Source of the DNA: an uncultured Spirochaetaceae bacterium
Lineage (GTDB): Bacteria; Spirochaetota; Spirochaetia; SZUA-6; DRHE01
Direction: 5' to 3'
DNA: 31,307 bases
Assembly: GCA_964570045.1 (NCBI GenBank)
Contig: CAZMWZ010000010.1
Span: forward strand, 1-31,307
A program made the position numbers and the translations under genes. The notes beneath the pieces were generated by a model. That model saw nothing but the letters and a program-made list of their open reading frames with translations, was not told the origin of the DNA and searched no databases. This document shows, in pieces, positions 8,553 through 15,875 of this stretch. Each line of letters starts with the position of its first letter. Positions within the stretch are counted from its first letter, which is position 1.

Positions 8553-8581
8553 ACCCTATTGATTCACGGGAGGAAAGTCAA
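8553..8581 (-). promoter_or_regulatory. sigma70-type promoter of the HAD-IA gene (TTGACT-N17-TAGGGT)
   Basis: -35 at 8581-8576, -10 at 8558-8553, ATG 8544 eight nt downstream. Confidence 0.55.
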
Positions 8582-8605
8582 CAGAATCGCTGCCGGGAGG
8601 AAGAA

Positions 8606-8986
8606 ATGCGAAAACTCATCCACACCGACCGGGCCCCCAAGGCCGTGGGCCCCTACGCCCCGGGCGTCGTGAGCGGCGACCTGCTGTTCGTGTCCGGGCA
8701 GATCCCCCTGGACCCGGCCAGCGGCGTCCTGGTGGGCGGGGACATCAAGGCCCAGACCCGCCGGGCGCTGGAAAATGTGGCCGCGGTGATCGAGGCGGCC
8801 GGCTTCAAACTGGCCGACACGGTGAAGTGCAGCTGTTTTCTGGCCGACCTCGGCCATTTCGCGGATTTCAACGCCGTGTACGCCGAGTTCTTCGGGGAGG
8901 TCCTACCGGCGCGTGAGACCGTTCAGGTGGGCCGCCTGCCCCGCGACGCGCTGGTGGAGGTGTCCGCCGTCTGCCGTAAGGGTTGA
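8606..8986 (+). CDS. ridA: RidA/YjgF/YER057c family enamine deaminase
   Basis: APKAVGPY, LFVSGQIPLDP, FNAVYAEFF, PARETV, LVEV. GGAGGAAG SD before ATG 8606. Confidence 0.92.
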   Translation: MRKLIHTDRAPKAVGPYAPGVVSGDLLFVSGQIPLDPASGVLVGGDIKAQTRRALENVAAVIEAAGFKLADTVKCSCFLADLGHFADFNAVYAEFFGEVLPARETVQVGRLPRDALVEVSAVCRKG

Positions 8987-9011
8987 ACGGGCACCCGGCT
9001 TCTGGTAATAT
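8983..9011 (+). promoter_or_regulatory. sigma70-type promoter (TTGAAC-N17-TAATAT) for the Moco oxidoreductase gene
   Basis: Canonical spacing with an extended -10 TGG; overlaps the ridA stop. Confidence 0.5.
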
Positions 9012-9045
9012 GAGCTATCTTATCAAGTAATTGCCAGGAGTCGTT

Positions 9046-9642
9046 GTGCCAAACCTGACCCGGTACCTGATCCCGAGTTTCCTTTCCCTCGTCGTGCTCC
9101 TGCTGGCCGGCTGCGCCGGCCGGCAAGCGGGCGGCCGCACCGTCGGCCGTGCGGTCGGCGCCAGCGGCGACCCCCCGACCTCCCTGTACCTGCAGCTGGT
9201 GGACGGTCTGCACGTCACCGGGACCCCGGTGGCTGTGGACAGCGAGAGCTTCCGCCTGCGGGTCGGGGGAGCCGTGGAACGGCCGCTGTCGCTGAGCCTC
9301 GCGCAGCTGCGCGGGATGCCGGCCGTGCGCGCAGACATCACCCTCGTGTGCCCCGGATTTTTCACGGACCGCGGAGTCTGGACCGGGGTGCCGGTGCGCG
9401 ACCTGCTGGCGCTGGCCGGGGTGCGCCCCGGGGCCGACCGGGTCGTGTTCACCAGCCTGAGCCAGGGTTACACCTCGGCTCTGTCCCTGGCGGACCTGGA
9501 GCGCGACGGGGTCCTGGTGGCCTATGAGTTCGACGGCAAGCCTTTCCCCGTGGTGCACGGGTACCCGCTGCGCCTGACGGCCAAGGACCACGAGGGCAAC
9601 GTCTGGGTCAAGTGGCTGGGGGAGATCCAGGTAAGCGAGTAG
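9046..9642 (+). CDS. molybdopterin-dependent oxidoreductase (sulfite-oxidase/MsrP catalytic domain), predicted lipoprotein
   Basis: Mo-ligand Cys in TLVCPG, WTGVPVRDLL, VAYEFDGKP...HGYPLRL, WVKWL. N-terminal hydrophobic stretch ends in lipobox LAGC. AGGAG SD before GTG 9046. Confidence 0.85.
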   Translation: MPNLTRYLIPSFLSLVVLLLAGCAGRQAGGRTVGRAVGASGDPPTSLYLQLVDGLHVTGTPVAVDSESFRLRVGGAVERPLSLSLAQLRGMPAVRADITLVCPGFFTDRGVWTGVPVRDLLALAGVRPGADRVVFTSLSQGYTSALSLADLERDGVLVAYEFDGKPFPVVHGYPLRLTAKDHEGNVWVKWLGEIQVSE

Positions 9643-9719
9643 CCCGCCGGCGCGTTAGCCCGGCATTACGGCGCGCCTTGAGCTTCCAATAATCCGTAGC
9701 TCCGGGGTATCATGGCCCC

Positions 9720-11267
9720 ATGCCGAAAGTTCGCTTCATCGGCGCCGAGGAAGCGGCGGCGATGATCCCGGACGGCGCGACGGTGGCCAGCGGCGGTTTC
9801 GTGGGCTGCGCCCACCCCGAGGAGCTCACCCTGGCCGTGGAGCAACGCTTCCTGGCCACCGGGCGGCCGCGGGACCTGACCGTGGTGTACCCCGCCGGCC
9901 AGGGCGACGGGAAGAGCCGCGGCATGAACCACCTGGCCCACGAGGGGCTGGTGCGCCGGGTGATCGGGGGGCACTGGAACCTGGCCCCCCGGCTGGGCCG
10001 GCTCGCGTTGGACAACAAGATCGAGGCCTACTGCTTTCCCCAGGGAGTCATCTCGCGTCTGTTCCGCGACATCGCCGCGGGCAACCCAGGCACCATCACC
10101 CACATCGGGCTGGAGACCTTCGTGGACCCGCGTCGGGACGGGGGCAGGCTCAACGAGCGTTCCCGCGAAGCCCTGGTGGAGCTGGTCGAGCTGGGGGGGC
10201 GCAGCTGGCTGTGGTACAAGGCCTTCCCGATCAACGTGGCCCTGCTGCGGGGGACCGCCAGCGACTCCTACGGGAACATCTCCTTCGAGAACGAGGTGAT
10301 GACCGCCGAGGCCTTGTCCATCGCCCAGGCTGCCCGCAACAGCGGCGGGAAGGTCATCGTGCAGGTGGAACGGCTGGCCGAGGACTTCAGCCGGGACCCG
10401 AAGGGGATCCGCGTGCCCGGCATCTTCGTGGATGCCGTGGTGCAGGCGCGGGCGGAGAACCACATGCAGACCTTCGCCGAGGCCTTCAACCCGGACTACG
10501 TCCGCCAGGGGGACATCGAGAGCATCGCCCTCGCGCCGCTGGAGGACGGGGTGCGGCGCATCATCGCCTGCCGTTCCTTCCTGGAGATCCGGGAAGGCGA
10601 CGTGGTCAACCTGGGCATCGGCATGCCCGAGGGTATCGCCCGCATCGCCCGGGAGCGGCGCCTGCTGGACAGGATGACCCTGACCGTGGAGGCGGGGCCG
10701 ATCGGCGGGGTGCCCGCCGGGGGCTTGAGCTTCGGGGCGAGCCTCCTGCCGCAGGCCATCATCGACCAGCCCTATATGTTCGACTTCTACGACGGCGGCG
10801 GGCTGGACGTCGCCTTCCTGGGCATGGCCGAGTGCGACGGGGAGGGCAACGTCAACGTCAGCAGGTTCAGCGGGAGGTTGGCCGGCATCGGAGGATTCAT
10901 GAACATCACCCAGACCGCACGCAAGGTGGTCTTCACGGGAACCTTCACGGCGGACGGGCTGGCCGTCGAGGTGCGCGACGGCCGCCTGCGCATCCTGTCG
11001 GAGGGCAGGGTGCGCAAGCTGGTGCCCGCGGTCCAGCAGGTCACCTTCAGCGGGCCGTACGCCCGCCGGAAGGACCAGGAGGTGCTGTACGTCACCGAGC
11101 GGGCCGTCTTCCGCCTGACCGGCGACGGGCTGGAGTTGGCGGAGGCGGCCCCCGGGGTGGACGTCCAGCGGGAGGTCCGCGGCCGGATGGGCTTCCCGCT
11201 GCGCGTCAGCAGGGACTTCCGCCTCATGCCGGCGGAGGTGTTCCTCCCGGCGGGGGTATCGTCGTGA
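9720..11267 (+). CDS. acyl-CoA:acetate/3-ketoacid CoA-transferase (fused family I, YdiF/Pct-like)
   Basis: [18 protein letters not shown], catalytic Glu in [33 protein letters not shown] -10 lies 6 nt upstream of the ATG. Confidence 0.93.
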   Translation: MPKVRFIGAEEAAAMIPDGATVASGGFVGCAHPEELTLAVEQRFLATGRPRDLTVVYPAGQGDGKSRGMNHLAHEGLVRRVIGGHWNLAPRLGRLALDNKIEAYCFPQGVISRLFRDIAAGNPGTITHIGLETFVDPRRDGGRLNERSREALVELVELGGRSWLWYKAFPINVALLRGTASDSYGNISFENEVMTAEALSIAQAARNSGGKVIVQVERLAEDFSRDPKGIRVPGIFVDAVVQARAENHMQTFAEAFNPDYVRQGDIESIALAPLEDGVRRIIACRSFLEIREGDVVNLGIGMPEGIARIARERRLLDRMTLTVEAGPIGGVPAGGLSFGASLLPQAIIDQPYMFDFYDGGGLDVAFLGMAECDGEGNVNVSRFSGRLAGIGGFMNITQTARKVVFTGTFTADGLAVEVRDGRLRILSEGRVRKLVPAVQQVTFSGPYARRKDQEVLYVTERAVFRLTGDGLELAEAAPGVDVQREVRGRMGFPLRVSRDFRLMPAEVFLPAGVSS

Positions 11268-12133
11268 GCGGGGAGTTCCAGCGCATCGGGATCGCCGGCG
11301 CCGGCCTGATGGGCGGCGGCATCGCCCAGTTTTTCGCCCAGCAAGGCAGGACCGTGAGCCTGTGGGACGCCGTCCCGGGGGCGGCAGAGCGAGCGCTGGC
11401 GGCCATCCGCGCCCGCCTGGAGGCGAGCGCCGCCAAGGGCCGCCTGCCGGCCTGCGAGGTCGCGTCCGTGCTCGGGCGCATCGCGGCGGCGCGGGAGCTG
11501 GGGGAGCTCGCCGGCTGCCAGCTGGCGGTGGAGGCGATCAGCGAGGAGCTGCGGGCCAAGCGCAGGCTGCTGGCCGCCCTGAGCGCCGCGGTGGCCCCGC
11601 CGGCGCCGATCGGCACCAACACCAGCTCCCTGAGCGTGCGCGCGCTGGCCAGATCAGTGCGCGGCCCGGAGCGTTTCCTGGGCATGCACTTTTTCAACCC
11701 GCCGACCAAGCTCCAACTCGTGGAGCTGGTGCCCGTCCCCGTCACCTCTGGCCAGACGCTCCGCCGGGTGCGGGAGCTCCTGGAGGCCTGCGGCAAGCAC
11801 CCGGTCACGGTACGGGACTCGCCCGGCTTCATCGTCAACCGCCTGCTCCTGCTGATGATCAACGAGGCGGCGAGGATGGTGGACCAAGGAGTGGCGTCGC
11901 CGGAGGACATCGACACGGCCATGCGCCTGGGGGCGCTTCACCCGGCGGGACCCCTGGCCGTGGCCGACCTGATCGGCCTGGACACCTGCCGCAGCATTCT
12001 GGCCAGCCTGCGGCGCGGCCTCGGCAACCCGGCCTTCGGGGCCGCGCGGGGCCTGGCCCGGCGGGTGGCGGCGGGCAAGCTGGGGCGCAAGAGCGGAGAG
12101 GGCTTCTTCCGCGGGGAGGCAGGCGGGCGATGA
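11264..12133 (+). CDS. 3-hydroxyacyl-CoA dehydrogenase (3-hydroxybutyryl-CoA dehydrogenase-like)
   Basis: [63 protein letters not shown] overlap with the CoA-transferase stop. Confidence 0.92.
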   Translation: MSGEFQRIGIAGAGLMGGGIAQFFAQQGRTVSLWDAVPGAAERALAAIRARLEASAAKGRLPACEVASVLGRIAAARELGELAGCQLAVEAISEELRAKRRLLAALSAAVAPPAPIGTNTSSLSVRALARSVRGPERFLGMHFFNPPTKLQLVELVPVPVTSGQTLRRVRELLEACGKHPVTVRDSPGFIVNRLLLLMINEAARMVDQGVASPEDIDTAMRLGALHPAGPLAVADLIGLDTCRSILASLRRGLGNPAFGAARGLARRVAAGKLGRKSGEGFFRGEAGGR

Positions 12134-12190
12134 AGGTCGAGGTGCGCGGTCACCTGGGGCCAGATCCTGCGCTGGCTGTGAGGCCCGCCC

Positions 12191-12817
12191 TCAGGCTGAC
12201 GGGCCGGCCGCCTCCAGCAGGCGCAGCCCCAGGCAGTGGACCAGGGCCAGCGCCACGTCCAAGGGCAGGTGCTGGCTCAAGGAGCGGTCGAACAGCAGGT
12301 TGACCCGGGCCGGGAACTCCTCGTCTGCCGCCCACAGCACGCAGGCGGCAGGGATGCGCGGCAGCGCTGTGAAGCCGTAGGCGGCATCCCCGTAGGGCAG
12401 CGCCCGTCCGCCCAGACCTTCGGCCGCGCGCCGGAAGGCCGGCAGATCGCCCCCGAACCTGGCCAGCAGCGGCTGGACCGGCAGGGCATGGGGCCCGCGG
12501 AAGAAAAGGCTTCCGCCCGGCAGGTCCTTCTCCGAGATCCAGGCCCCCTCGATCGGCGTGTCGCGCGCCTGCGCAAGATAGGTCAGTAGCAGCAGCTCGA
12601 ACTCAGCGTCCGACAACAACGGGTCGGCCTGGGGCCCCCCGATCCTGCCGGCCTCCGGCTCCACCCGGTATTGCCTGTCCAGGAAGCTCACGCTGTAGCC
12701 GGCTGCGCCCCCCGCGGCCTCCACGGCCAGGGAGCGGCGGCACACCTCCGTCCCCTTCTGGCCGGCGAGGGTCTGCCACAGCCGCCCCCGCCCGGAGGTG
12801 AACTCGGACCAGTACAT
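12191..12817 (-). CDS. DUF3786 domain protein
   Basis: LLLTYL, ISEKDLPGG..FF, ALPRIP..VLWAADEEFPARVNLLFD pattern recalled for DUF3786. Confidence 0.72.
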   Translation of the reverse strand: MYWSEFTSGRGRLWQTLAGQKGTEVCRRSLAVEAAGGAAGYSVSFLDRQYRVEPEAGRIGGPQADPLLSDAEFELLLLTYLAQARDTPIEGAWISEKDLPGGSLFFRGPHALPVQPLLARFGGDLPAFRRAAEGLGGRALPYGDAAYGFTALPRIPAACVLWAADEEFPARVNLLFDRSLSQHLPLDVALALVHCLGLRLLEAAGPSA

Positions 12818-12823
12818 GGGCCC

Positions 12824-12852
12824 ACTATACCCGAATAGCTTGATTTTTCTAA
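12824..12852 (-). promoter_or_regulatory. promoter of the DUF3786 gene (TTAGAA-N17-TATAGT), leaderless geometry
   Basis: -10 at 12829-12824, ATG 12817 six nt downstream, no SD. Confidence 0.55.
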
Positions 12853-12883
12853 TGGGGTATAGGACAATACCCGGGAACCCGGT

Positions 12884-13105
12884 ATGAGGACGAAGAAGAG
12901 TAACAGCCCGAGGATCGGGGAGACTCTGGTGCGGGTCGGGGCTATGACGGAAGCCCAGGTCAGGGAAGTGCTCTACATCCAGCGGGAAAAATACAACTTC
13001 GAGAAGATGTTCGGCGAGATCGCCCTCGAGCTCCAGCTAGTGGACCAGGAAACCATCGAGAAGATCCTCTCCGGGACGTACTCCCCGCCGAAAAGCTCCG
13101 CCTAG
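12884..13105 (+). CDS. stand-alone MshEN-type (c-di-GMP-binding motif) small protein, 73 aa
   Basis: RIGETLVRVGAMTEAQVREVLYIQ matches RLGxxLvxxGlIxxeqLxxaLxxQ. A degenerate second repeat reads KMFGEIALELQLVDQETIEKIL. Confidence 0.75.
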   Translation: MRTKKSNSPRIGETLVRVGAMTEAQVREVLYIQREKYNFEKMFGEIALELQLVDQETIEKILSGTYSPPKSSA

Positions 13106-14340
13106 AGCAGAAACCCCAGCACCTCGTCAATGCGGCTCAGCTCGGCGCGCAGGCGCCTGGCCAGGGCCGCGGGCAGCCGCTGGCGGGACCGCCCGAGAGC
13201 CGCGAGGCGGGCGTGGATGGCGTCCACCGCCTTGCCCACCGACAGGTCCGCATCCAGGTTGCCCTCGAAGTCCTCGCGCAGGGCCCCGATCTGGGCCTGG
13301 ACTCGCCGGGCCTCGGCGTCCGGCAGGCTGGGGCCCCCACCGGCCGTGAGCAGAGCGGCCAGGGAGCGCAGGGCATCCAGGCGGGAGGCCGCCTTGCGGA
13401 GGTTTTCGCGCGTCAGGTTCAGACGGCGGCGGTAGTGCTTGTAGAGCAGGAAGAAGCGCAGGTGGTGCGGCTCCAGTCCTCCCCCCAGCAGGTCCTCCGC
13501 GTAGCGGATGTTCCCCCGGCTCTTGGACATCGGCTTGCCCTCCACGATCAGGTGGGCGCCGTGCAGGTAGTAGTTGGCGTAGCTCTTCCCGGACAGGGAT
13601 TCGAGGATGGCGATGTTGTAGTCGTGGTGCCGGTAGATGTTGTCGATCCCGCCGCAGTTGATGTCCACCTGGAAACCGAGGTGCTCCGTGATCATGGCCG
13701 GGTCCTGGATGTTCCAGGAAGGGCGCCCGCGCCCGATCGCCGTGTCCCACACGCTTAAGTCGCCGTTCCTCTGCCCATGCCACAGGATGAAGTCGCCCAG
13801 GTTCCAGCGCTGCCCGTGGTAGGTGTCCTTCCTGAAGCGCACCTTGGTTTTCGGCCAGCGGCTCAAGTCCAGGCGGTACAGCTTGCCGAAATCCTTGTAC
13901 TTCAGGGGCTCGAAGAACACGTCGCCTTCGTGCCAGTAGGCCAGGCCTTTGGCCAGGAGGCGCCGGATCAGGCTCACGGCCTGGGGAACGCTGGTCGAAG
14001 CCCTGGCGATGGTGCGCGGCAGGCGGATCTTCAGCAGCCTGGCCTCGCTGAAGAAGCGCTCCGCGACCTCGGCGGCGATGGCCCGGGGTTTTCTGCCCTC
14101 CCGGACCGCCTCTTCCAGCATCTTGTCCTCGACGTCCGTGAAGTTGATCACCCGCTGGACCTCCAGGCCGCGGTAGGCCAGGTAGCGCACCAGGATGTCC
14201 TCATAGAGGAAAGTCCGGTAGTTGCCCACGTGCGGGCGCCGGTAGGTGGAAGGACCGCAGGTGAAGATCTTGACTCGGCCCTTCACCCGCGGGCGGAACT
14301 CTTCCTCGGTGCGGCTCATGGTGTTGTACAGCTTCAGCAT
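13102..14340 (-). CDS. cysteinyl-tRNA-synthetase paralog, non-canonical active site, lacking the anticodon-binding domain (412 aa)
   Basis: MLKLYNTM, CGPSTY..PHVGN, NFTDVEDK, DFILW, MSKSRGN, then a DALR-like helix ending at VLGFLL. WHIECSAM is replaced by WNIQDPAM and PHHENE by RHHDYN. Confidence 0.85.
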   Translation of the reverse strand: MLKLYNTMSRTEEEFRPRVKGRVKIFTCGPSTYRRPHVGNYRTFLYEDILVRYLAYRGLEVQRVINFTDVEDKMLEEAVREGRKPRAIAAEVAERFFSEARLLKIRLPRTIARASTSVPQAVSLIRRLLAKGLAYWHEGDVFFEPLKYKDFGKLYRLDLSRWPKTKVRFRKDTYHGQRWNLGDFILWHGQRNGDLSVWDTAIGRGRPSWNIQDPAMITEHLGFQVDINCGGIDNIYRHHDYNIAILESLSGKSYANYYLHGAHLIVEGKPMSKSRGNIRYAEDLLGGGLEPHHLRFFLLYKHYRRRLNLTRENLRKAASRLDALRSLAALLTAGGGPSLPDAEARRVQAQIGALREDFEGNLDADLSVGKAVDAIHARLAALGRSRQRLPAALARRLRAELSRIDEVLGFLL

Positions 14341-14346
14341 GCGGGT

Positions 14347-14375
14347 AAAATACTGCGCCTGCCCCCGCAAAGCAA
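14347..14375 (-). promoter_or_regulatory. promoter of the CysRS paralog (TTGCTT-N17-TATTTT), leaderless geometry
   Basis: -10 at 14352-14347, ATG 14340 six nt downstream, no SD. Confidence 0.55.
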
Positions 14376-14377
14376 GC

Positions 14378-14406
14378 TTGCCGTGCGCGGGCTTTTCCAC
14401 TATTGT
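14378..14406 (+). promoter_or_regulatory. divergent promoter of the DHOD-like gene (TTGCCG-N17-TATTGT)
   Basis: Back-to-back with the CysRS-paralog promoter; followed by AGGAGG and ATG 14417. Confidence 0.45.
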
Positions 14407-14416
14407 AGGAGGTACT

Positions 14417-15412
14417 ATGGCAGACCTGAGCACCACGTACCTGGGGCTATCCCTGTGCAGCCCGTTCATCGCCGGGGCCAGCGGCTATACGGCCAATGTG
14501 GAGCGAAGCAAGCAGCTACAGGAGGCCGGGGCCGCAGCCCTGGTGACCGCCTCCCTGTTCGAGGAGCAGATCCAGTACGAGAGCTACCGCCTGGAGGAGG
14601 ACCTGTCGCGCTTCGACAACCTGTCCCAGGAGGTGGTCGACGTGTTCCCGCAGATCAAGCACGGCGGGGCCAAGGAGCACCTGATGTGGATCCGGCGCAC
14701 CCGGGAAGCGGTGCGCATCCCGGTGATCGCCAGCCTGAACGCGGTCAGCCGCGACACCTGGGTGCGCTACTCCCAGGAGCTGGAGGGCGCGGGGGCGGAT
14801 GCCCTGGAGCTCAACTTCTACGCCACCCCCAGCGACGCGGAGTCCGGGGCCGCCGAGATCGAGAAGGAGCAGCTGGCCGCCATCCGCGCCGTGGTGAAAA
14901 AGGTGAAGATCCCGGTCAGCGTGAAGCTCAGCGCCTTCTACACCAACCCCCTGCACTTCCTCACGGCACTGGACCAGGAGGGGGTGCGCGGCTTCGTGCT
15001 GTTCAATCGCCTGTTCCAGCCGGACCTGGACCCCGAGCGCGAGGCCAACCGCTACAACCACACCCTCAGCGCGGAGGGCGAGCACCTGGCAGCTTTGCGC
15101 TTCACGGCCCTGGCCTATGGGAATCTGGGAGGGGACCTGTGCGCCAACGGGGGGATTTTCACGGCGGCCGACGCGGCCAAGCTGCTGCTGGCCGGCGCCG
15201 CCTGCGTGCAGGTGGTCAGCACGCTGTACCGCAACAAGATCGCCTACCTGGCCACCCTGGTCCGGGAGCTGGACGCCTGGATGCAGGCCAAAGGTTACCG
15301 CGACCTCGCGGCCTTCCGCGGCAGGCTCAGCGCCCGGAAGAACAGCGACCCGGGTTTCTACCGCCGGGCCCAGTACGTCAAGAACCTGCTGCGCGCCGAC
15401 TACTCGGACTGA
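14417..15412 (+). CDS. dihydroorotate dehydrogenase-like flavoprotein (DHOD_like family)
   Basis: LSTTYLGLSL.SPFIAGAS, SLFEEQI, PVIASLN, ALELN, VSVKLS, VLFNR, GGIFT, VQVVSTLY. AGGAGG SD. Confidence 0.9.
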   Translation: MADLSTTYLGLSLCSPFIAGASGYTANVERSKQLQEAGAAALVTASLFEEQIQYESYRLEEDLSRFDNLSQEVVDVFPQIKHGGAKEHLMWIRRTREAVRIPVIASLNAVSRDTWVRYSQELEGAGADALELNFYATPSDAESGAAEIEKEQLAAIRAVVKKVKIPVSVKLSAFYTNPLHFLTALDQEGVRGFVLFNRLFQPDLDPEREANRYNHTLSAEGEHLAALRFTALAYGNLGGDLCANGGIFTAADAAKLLLAGAACVQVVSTLYRNKIAYLATLVRELDAWMQAKGYRDLAAFRGRLSARKNSDPGFYRRAQYVKNLLRADYSD

Positions 15413-15723
15413 AGCAGGGCCTGAAGTTCGCGGTACGCCTCTTCCCGCTGCTCGACCTTGGTCTCCCGGATCGCCTTGCGCAGGACGTTCTCCCACTGGC
15501 TTTCGGGGAGGTGCTGCTTCATGTCGGCGAAAAGCCCCTTGATCTGCTCGTTGCCCTTGAGGTTGTAGATCTTTTTCTGGTCGTGGAACAGCAAGGTGCC
15601 CAGCTTCTTGAGATAGTCGCCGACCGAGCCACCGCGGCCCTCCAGGCGCTTCTCGATGAGCTCCTGCTTCTTCTTGGCCTGTTTCAGGTCGCGGTCGATC
15701 CTGTTGATGTCCGTGCTTTTCAT
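15400..15723 (-). CDS. hypothetical protein, 107 aa, charged and helical
   Basis: MKSTDINRIDRDLKQAKKKQE...; GAGGT SD; TTGTTT-N18-TATAGT promoter at 15775-15746; gene-like codon usage. Confidence 0.7.
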   Translation of the reverse strand: MKSTDINRIDRDLKQAKKKQELIEKRLEGRGGSVGDYLKKLGTLLFHDQKKIYNLKGNEQIKGLFADMKQHLPESQWENVLRKAIRETKVEQREEAYRELQALLQSE

Positions 15724-15814
15724 GGGAATACCTCGTATTGCAGCTACTATATCGCGAACCAAGCTCCTGAAACAAGCCACCTGCATGTTCATGCAGGTGG
15801 CGCATGATTTTTGA

Positions 15815-15843
15815 TTGACAACCACCGGGGGCAGTGGTAGTCT
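15815..15843 (+). promoter_or_regulatory. sigma70 promoter of the acyl-CoA ligase operon (TTGACA-N17-TAGTCT, extended -10)
   Basis: Perfect -35 at 15815-15820, TGG before the -10 at 15838-15843. Confidence 0.65.
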
Positions 15844-15875
15844 GCGCTAAAACCGCTTGCGGGGAGGAGCGAATC

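Noticed and set aside
10211-11263. N-terminal part of the 640-aa ORF 10211..12133 (apparent fusion)
   Set aside because: Shadow frame over the CoA-transferase; the dehydrogenase starts at GTG 11264.
13102-14340. Annotating the gene as cysS or mshC
   Set aside because: Both retain the WHIEC zinc motif, which is replaced here; cysS also needs the anticodon domain.
13777-15807. 676-aa plus-strand ORF and other long GC-rich ORFs (21805..23991, 28950..30941, 14516..15919, 6897..7907)
   Set aside because: Antisense or alternate-frame shadows of well-supported genes, expected in high-GC DNA; no family motifs.
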